A stretch of 30,433 nt of DNA from Planctomycetota bacterium (GTDB lineage Bacteria > Planctomycetota > GCA-002687715 > DRQF01). How positions within the stretch are numbered: the stretch's first letter is position 1; each line of letters opens with the position of its first letter. The position numbers and the translations under genes are program-made. The stretch is from NCBI GenBank assembly GCA_036479435.1, contig JAZGFI010000279.1, forward strand, positions 1 through 30,433. The letters run 5' to 3'. Below, one piece after another: positions 25,017 to 30,433 of the stretch. The notes under the pieces were generated by a model. The model was not told where the DNA came from, made no database searches, and saw only the letters and a list, made by a program, of their open reading frames with translations.

Positions 25017-26342
25017 GTGGACGATCTTTTTTCCGCCCGTGCTCAGATGGGTCTCTCTTTAGCCTTTCACATCCTCTTTGGCATCGCGGGAATGGCGATG
25101 CCCTTGATGATGGCGATCGCCGAAACGGTCTGGCTTAGAACCGGCAATCAGATCTACCTCGAACTCGCCAAGCGCTGGTCCAAAGGCACCGCCATTCTGT
25201 TCGCGGTGGGAGCCGTGTCGGGCACGGCCTTGAGCTTCGAGCTTGGTTTGCTGTGGCCCGGGTTCATGAAGTACGCCGGTCCCGTCATCGGTACGCCCTT
25301 CAGCCTTGAAGGCTTCGCGTTCTTCTTCGAAGCGATTTTCTTGGGCATCTATCTTTACGGTTGGAACAAGATATCGCCCAAAATGCATTGCCTGGCTGGC
25401 TATCTTGTTGCCTTTTTCGGATTGGCCAGCGGCACGATCGTGATCGCGGTCAACGCCTGGATGAACACCCCGGCCGGATTCACCACCGTCGCGGGCACCA
25501 ACGAGATCGCGACGATTGACGTTTGGGGCGCCGTCTTCAATCCTGCCTTTCCCACCCAGGCGATGCACAGTGGTCTTGGCGCCTACTGCGCGGTTGCTTT
25601 TGCCGTCTTGGGCATCCACTGCTTTGGTTTGCTGCGTGAAAAAAACAACGCCTTTCATTTGGCCGCCGCGAAGATTGCCTTCGGGATGGCCTTGGTAGCG
25701 ACTCCCTTGCAAATGCTGAGCGGCGATATTTCAGCCCGCCATGTCGGCGAATACCAGCCAGCAAAGCTGGCCGCCATGGAGGGCCTCTACAAGACACAAA
25801 AGGGGGCGCCCTTGGCTCTCGGAGGGATCCCGATTGACGACGAAGAGCGCATGATCGGCGCGATTCACATCCCTAAGGCGCTCAGCTTTTTGCAAACCGG
25901 CGATGCCGACGCCGAGATCAAGGGCCTCGACGCCTTTCCCGAAGAGGACCGCCCCAACACGTTTTGGGTCCACCTCGCCTTCCAGCTCATGGTGGCTTGC
26001 GGCAGCGCCATGATGGGCCTGGTTTCACTGGGGGCGTTTTTGTGGTGGCGCGGCAAAAGATTCCCAACGCAGCGCTGGTTTCTAAAGGCAGCCTTGCTGG
26101 TACATCCATTGGGTCTCGTCGCGGTCGAGGCGGGCTGGTGCGTGACCGAACTCGGTCGGCAGCCCTGGGTCATCTACAACATCATGCGAACCGAAGATGC
26201 GGTCACGCCGATGCCGGGTCTTTGGGTTCCCTGTCTGTTCTTCACCGCTCTCTACGTCTTCTTGGGAATCACGGTGCTCATCTTGCTGAATAATCATGTG
26301 TTTCATTCCCCTTCGGTGGTGGCGGTGGAGCGTTCAAAATGA
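25017..26342 (+). CDS. cydA: Cytochrome bd ubiquinol oxidase subunit I (short Q-loop)
   Basis: 'FHILF', 'AVGAVSG', 'EGFAFFFEA', 'NAWMNTP', 'QPAKLAAMEG', 'GW..TELGRQPW'. Confidence 0.95.
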   Translation: MDDLFSARAQMGLSLAFHILFGIAGMAMPLMMAIAETVWLRTGNQIYLELAKRWSKGTAILFAVGAVSGTALSFELGLLWPGFMKYAGPVIGTPFSLEGFAFFFEAIFLGIYLYGWNKISPKMHCLAGYLVAFFGLASGTIVIAVNAWMNTPAGFTTVAGTNEIATIDVWGAVFNPAFPTQAMHSGLGAYCAVAFAVLGIHCFGLLREKNNAFHLAAAKIAFGMALVATPLQMLSGDISARHVGEYQPAKLAAMEGLYKTQKGAPLALGGIPIDDEERMIGAIHIPKALSFLQTGDADAEIKGLDAFPEEDRPNTFWVHLAFQLMVACGSAMMGLVSLGAFLWWRGKRFPTQRWFLKAALLVHPLGLVAVEAGWCVTELGRQPWVIYNIMRTEDAVTPMPGLWVPCLFFTALYVFLGITVLILLNNHVFHSPSVVAVERSK

Positions 26343-27340
26343 TTGGTGTCGATCTATTTTGGTGGATCATGGGCACGGGCTTGATCATCTACGTCATGAC
26401 GGGCGGTGCTGACTACGGTGGAGGCGTGTGGGACCTGTTGGCGCGTGGTAAAGAGCAAGCGCGTGAGCGGCGCATGATCGAGGCCGCGATCGGGCCGATT
26501 TGGGAAGTGAACCACATTTGGGTCATCTTCATTATCGTCACCATGTTCAGCGTCTTTCCGAAGGCTTTTGCGGCCATCTGTATCGCTTTGCACATCCCGA
26601 TCTCGCTCGTGGTCGTAGGGATGATCTTGCGAGGTGCTTGTTTCACATTTCGCGGCTACGGGCTGCAACCTGGTGCTACCGCCAAGCGCTGGGGGATGAT
26701 TTTTGCTTGGGCGAGTCTCATCACACCGATCTTTTTGGGGATGACGCTCGCCGCCACTTCATCGGGTGAGATCAGACTTGTCGATGGCGAAGTCACGAGT
26801 GGCTACTTCAGCGGCTGGCTAAGTCCCTTTGCGGTTTGCACGGGTGTCTTGACCTTGGTGATCTTCAGCTTGACGGCGGCCGTCTATCTTTTGCACGAAG
26901 TCGAGCCCGACATGGTGCAGCGTTTTCGCGATCGAGCCTTCAAAGCCCAAATCGTCGTTTTGGTTTTATTGGCGATCGTCTACGGACTCGCGCACCGCGA
27001 CGCTCCGATTTTTGCGGAGCAACTCGACAACTCGGCGTTGATCTGGCCGTTGCGCTTTTTCATTGTTCTCGCCGTGGGTGCTGTGTTTTGGTCCTTGAAG
27101 AACAAGCACGACGATCTCGCTCGCATGGCGGTCGTCGCGCAAGTGGCGGGTGTCGTGTTGGGATGGGGACTGGCGATGGATCGCTACCTCGTCATTCCTG
27201 ACCTAACCATCGACAACGCGGGGGCTCACCAAGAGACTCTCGAGGCCATGGCGCCCGTGTTCATCGCTGGGGCCGTGTTGCTGGTGCCCGCGCTTTTCAT
27301 GCTGTTTCGGGTCTTCAAGTCGAAGTCCAAAGAGGCCTGA
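26339..27340 (+). CDS. cydB: Cytochrome bd ubiquinol oxidase subunit II
   Basis: 'GGADYGGG', 'IGPIWEVNHIW', 'FPKAF', 'ILRG..F.FR'; ATGA overlap with cydA. Confidence 0.93.
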   Translation: MIGVDLFWWIMGTGLIIYVMTGGADYGGGVWDLLARGKEQARERRMIEAAIGPIWEVNHIWVIFIIVTMFSVFPKAFAAICIALHIPISLVVVGMILRGACFTFRGYGLQPGATAKRWGMIFAWASLITPIFLGMTLAATSSGEIRLVDGEVTSGYFSGWLSPFAVCTGVLTLVIFSLTAAVYLLHEVEPDMVQRFRDRAFKAQIVVLVLLAIVYGLAHRDAPIFAEQLDNSALIWPLRFFIVLAVGAVFWSLKNKHDDLARMAVVAQVAGVVLGWGLAMDRYLVIPDLTIDNAGAHQETLEAMAPVFIAGAVLLVPALFMLFRVFKSKSKEA

Positions 27341-27466
27341 GGCAACCGAGGCGAGCGTACCCGTGGACCGTTAAGAATAGCGGTCTCGCCCGGTCAAAAA
27401 AGGCGACCTCTCGTCGCCGCGCGTGACGGCCTCGAAACCTAATGATGAGACGCATACACTTATCCC

Positions 27467-28321
27467 ATGGTCAAAGCCCTCAAGAAGAACGCCAAGTCGC
27501 CCAAGACTGAGTCCAAGTCCCGGGCAAAGGCGAAATACACGGCCAAAACGGCCGACAAACACCTGCTGTATCAGCTCTCCGTGCAAAGCACCGAGCAAGA
27601 GGTCGAGATCCTCGAAGAAACTTTCGAAGAGCGAAGGGACCGCAAGGCGATGTCGCTCAAAGAAGACTTTTGCGGCACTTCCTTACTCGCCTGCGAGTGG
27701 ATCAAGTCGGACCCGAAGCGGACCGCCGCCGGTCTTGATATCGACCGCTCAACGCTCGACTGGGGCATCAAGCACAACGTTTCCGGTCTCGGTGATGCGG
27801 CGTCACGGTTGACTTTGCTGGAACAAGACGTCCTCGAGCCTACGAAGTCGAAGTTCGACATCTGTGTCGGGATGAACTTCAGCTACTTCCTGTTCAAAAA
27901 GCGAAATCAGCTGAAGGCCTACTTCGAAGCGGCCTACAAGTCTCTCAACAAAGACGGTGTCTTTTTCCTCGATTGCTACGGCGGTTGGGAATCCCAACAG
28001 GTGATGGAAGAAAAGCGCAAGCAAAAGGGCTTCGACTACATCTGGGATCAAGCCGATTTCAATCCCATCGACAACAGCGTCACGAATCACATCCACTTTC
28101 GCTTCAAAGACGGGTCGAAGATGGACAAGGCCTTCACTTATGTGTGGCGCTTGTGGACTCCGGCGGAAGTTGTGGAGCTGCTGGAGGAAGTCGGTTTCAA
28201 AGAGATCGACGTCTTGTGGGAAGACGAAGATGATGATGGCGAAGGCATCGGCACGCACAGCGCCGTGATCGACGTCGAAAACCAACCGGGCTGGCTTTGC
28301 TACATCGTTGGTGAAAAATAG
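27467..28321 (+). CDS. Class I SAM-dependent methyltransferase of unknown substrate, with a Lys-rich N-terminal extension
   Basis: 'LYQLSVQ', motif I variant 'LKEDFCGT', 'GLDID', 'FDICVGMNFSY', 'LNKDGVFFLD'. Confidence 0.8.
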   Translation: MVKALKKNAKSPKTESKSRAKAKYTAKTADKHLLYQLSVQSTEQEVEILEETFEERRDRKAMSLKEDFCGTSLLACEWIKSDPKRTAAGLDIDRSTLDWGIKHNVSGLGDAASRLTLLEQDVLEPTKSKFDICVGMNFSYFLFKKRNQLKAYFEAAYKSLNKDGVFFLDCYGGWESQQVMEEKRKQKGFDYIWDQADFNPIDNSVTNHIHFRFKDGSKMDKAFTYVWRLWTPAEVVELLEEVGFKEIDVLWEDEDDDGEGIGTHSAVIDVENQPGWLCYIVGEK

Positions 28322-28380
28322 AGCGGCCCAACCGAGTTTGCGCTCCGGGCCCGTCCTAACCGTGCCCGATCTCCGATCTC

Positions 28381-28407
28381 CGGGCTCGGACCAGCCGAGC
28401 CCGTTTT
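28381..28407 (+). terminator. Rho-independent terminator after the methyltransferase
   Basis: Perfect 9-bp stem CGGGCTCGG / CCGAGCCCG, 5-nt loop, followed by TTTT. Confidence 0.65.
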
Positions 28408-29483
28408 CATCGCCCTGCTGTCACCGCCCGTGAACGGCCGTAATCAGCGATGCCGTCCGCGATAGCGCGCGCCAGCCGGCGACGGTAGTCCGCGTCATCG
28501 AGCATGGCGCTTTCTCGCCAGTTGCTCAAAAACCCCAGCTCTACCAAGGCTGCGGGATGCTTGTTGTAGCGCAGCACTTGGTAGCCCGGCGAGGGTTTGA
28601 CGCCGCGATCGCCGTGTGGCGACACGGTTTCGAGCCGTCGGTATAACGCACGAGCAAGGGCCGAAGATTCACGTTTGGTGTACGACTCTTGCCGCATGGC
28701 TTTGAAGACTTCAATGCCCAAGGCACCCGAGCGGGTGTGCGAATTGGCGTGGATCGACACAAAGGCGATCGGCTGATTGCGGTTCGAAATCGCCGCGCGC
28801 TCGCGGAGTTCCACAAAGTGATCGCTGTCGCGGGTCATGATCACGCGCGCCCCGGATGCTTGCAAGAAACGATCGACTTGGAGGGAGACGTCGAGGGCCA
28901 CTTCTTTTTCACGGAGACCGTTAGGTGCGATGGCGCCCGGGTCGCGGCCGCCGTGGCCGGGATCGATGACGAAAGTCATGCCGCGCAGGTGTTGGCCGCG
29001 ACTCGGCCTGCGCCGGGTAGTCTTGGGTTTAGTCTGAGGCTTGGGCTCAACTCGGGCGAGGGGCGGCGACACTCGGTGACGGGGGGCCGAAGCCCGGCGG
29101 GCCCAAGACTCCAGTTTGCCCGCAAAGCGCTGCGGGATGAAGAGCCGACCTTTCACTTCTTGCGTGGCTTCTCTCATGAGGGCCAAATCACCCTCGATAT
29201 AGGCGACGCGACTGGCCGGTTGGAGTTCGACGCGGGCGCTCCCCTTCGAAATCCAGTGGCGGCCGCGAAGGCGATCAAATCCGCTGTGACAACGACACAG
29301 CGAGGCGAGTTGATCGAGAGCAACAAAGCCGATGGGGACGGTGCTGGCGGGCCTCGCTTCGACGCGAGTCGTGGAAACGGGCTCGGCACGGTTTCGCCGC
29401 GGCGTGCTGCAGGCCGCGGCGCTCAGCGCCAAAAAAGTGATGGCCAAGACCAAATATCGGCCCCGTGGGCATGGGTGCCCCAT
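28407..29483 (-). CDS. N-acetylmuramoyl-L-alanine amidase (Amidase_3), probable lipoprotein
   Basis: Zn ligands and catalytic residues in 'IDPGHGG.DPGA', 'EKEVAL', 'FVSIHAN', 'LVELGFLSN'; lipobox SAAAC; GGAGG RBS 8 nt before ATG 29483. Confidence 0.9.
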   Translation of the reverse strand: MGHPCPRGRYLVLAITFLALSAAACSTPRRNRAEPVSTTRVEARPASTVPIGFVALDQLASLCRCHSGFDRLRGRHWISKGSARVELQPASRVAYIEGDLALMREATQEVKGRLFIPQRFAGKLESWARRASAPRHRVSPPLARVEPKPQTKPKTTRRRPSRGQHLRGMTFVIDPGHGGRDPGAIAPNGLREKEVALDVSLQVDRFLQASGARVIMTRDSDHFVELRERAAISNRNQPIAFVSIHANSHTRSGALGIEVFKAMRQESYTKRESSALARALYRRLETVSPHGDRGVKPSPGYQVLRYNKHPAALVELGFLSNWRESAMLDDADYRRRLARAIADGIADYGRSRAVTAGR

Positions 29484-29668
29484 AGTCATTCCCTCCCCTA
29501 ATCCAAACCGCGCGTGCCCGCTCGGAGCCAATTCAAGAAGTTGCCAGCGAGCGAGGCCCGATTCTAAACTCCCGCCCCGACCGATGCTACGCAGTTGTGA
29601 GAATGTTCCGTCGCCCCACCGGCTCATGCGGGATTTCCCCGAGAACTCAGTCGAGTTAGGATCTGGGC

Positions 29669-30433
29669 ATGACCCCTCAAGACCTCCTCAAACGCCCACT
29701 GCGTAACCTGCGACTTTCGGTCACGGACCGCTGCAACCTTCGTTGCGGCTATTGCATGCCCGAAGAGAACTACGCTTGGCTCCCGCACCAAGACATCTTG
29801 AGTTTTGAGGAAATGGGGCGCCTGGTCGAGATATTCTCCCGACTCGGTGTCGACAAGGTGAGGCTAACGGGCGGAGAGCCACTTCTGCGCCGCGACCTGC
29901 CGGTGTTGATCGACATCGTGGCCAATATCCCGGCGATCCGTGATATTGCTTTGACGACCAACGGGGTTTTGCTGGTCGACCAAGCTCAGGCCCTAAGGGA
30001 TGCGGGCCTTCGGCGCCTCACGGTCAGTTTGGACACTCTCCGCCGCGAGCGATTTCAGCAGATGACACGTCGCGATGACCTCCCCCGAGTTTTAGCCGGC
30101 ATCGAGGCCGGCCGGAATGCGAATTTCGACGCCTTGAAACTCGATACGGTGGCCGTCAAAGGTCAAAATGACGACGAGATCGTCGATATGGTCGCGTTCG
30201 CGCGCGAAATCGGCGCCGAGGTTCGCTTTATCGAATACATGGATGTCGGCGGGGCGACGCAGTGGTCGCCCGCAAAGGTGATCTCGCGCGACGAAATCCT
30301 GGCCCTCATCGGCGCGGCCTACGGCAAGCCCGAGCCCTTGCCCAAGACCGATTGGGCCCCGGCAAATCGCTACCGACTTCCCGATGGCAGCGTTTTCGGC
30401 GTCATCGCCTCGACGACCGCACCCTTTTGTCAA
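29669..30433 (+). CDS. moaA: GTP 3',8-cyclase (molybdenum cofactor biosynthesis radical SAM), runs off the window
   Basis: Not in the ORF track because there is no stop. Translates MTPQDLLKRPLRNLRLSVTDRCNLRCGYCMP…KVRLTGGEPLLR…LTTNG…LTVSLDTL…RFIEYMDVG. Confidence 0.96.
   Translation, partial: MTPQDLLKRPLRNLRLSVTDRCNLRCGYCMPEENYAWLPHQDILSFEEMGRLVEIFSRLGVDKVRLTGGEPLLRRDLPVLIDIVANIPAIRDIALTTNGVLLVDQAQALRDAGLRRLTVSLDTLRRERFQQMTRRDDLPRVLAGIEAGRNANFDALKLDTVAVKGQNDDEIVDMVAFAREIGAEVRFIEYMDVGGATQWSPAKVISRDEILALIGAAYGKPEPLPKTDWAPANRYRLPDGSVFGVIASTTAPFCQ

Noticed and set aside
28366..28381. Short direct repeat CCGATCT x2
   Set aside because: Too short to distinguish from chance.
29484..29627. N-terminal extension of the amidase
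   Set aside because: A strong GGAGG RBS and a lipoprotein signal fit a start at 29483 or 29489.
29490..29668. Moco riboswitch ahead of moaA
   Set aside because: No recognisable conserved Moco-RNA elements, and a -10-like TAGGAT immediately before the ATG may indicate little or no leader.

Overview
GC-rich bacterial chromosomal window. The secreted FG-GAP and β-propeller proteins and the Tat-exported sugar enzymes suggest a Planctomycetota-like organism (inference only). Contents, left to right: a short FG-GAP protein and a ~110-bp group II intron reverse-transcriptase remnant; apbE overlapping head-to-head with an FGE/SUMF1-fold lipoprotein operon that also encodes a Tat-exported Gfo/Idh/MocA oxidoreductase and a Tat-exported TIM-barrel isomerase; an apparently orphan ParD-type antitoxin; a second, cytoplasmic Gfo + TIM-barrel pair; a four-gene surface-glycan operon (GT2-methyltransferase fusion, DegT aminotransferase, priming phosphoglycosyl transferase with an in-frame G10 tract, CapD/PglF-like dehydratase); a clear cobalamin riboswitch controlling two secreted proteins with no recognisable transporter, followed by a 4 x 26-bp hairpin tandem repeat; a GSDH-family β-propeller protein; a GNAT; a TlpA/thioredoxin-like selenoprotein (in-frame UGA in W-U-G-P-C plus a SECIS-like hairpin) that the ORF track splits in two; a 2OG-Fe(II) oxygenase; then housekeeping genes (panB, fused 2-oxoacid dehydrogenase E1, thyA-folA, cydAB, a SAM methyltransferase, an amidase, partial moaA). 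The best candidates for undescribed biology are the B12-riboswitch secreted-protein pair, the ApbE/FGE-fold/Tat oxidoreductase module with a possible non-canonical flavinylation site, and the secreted selenoprotein.
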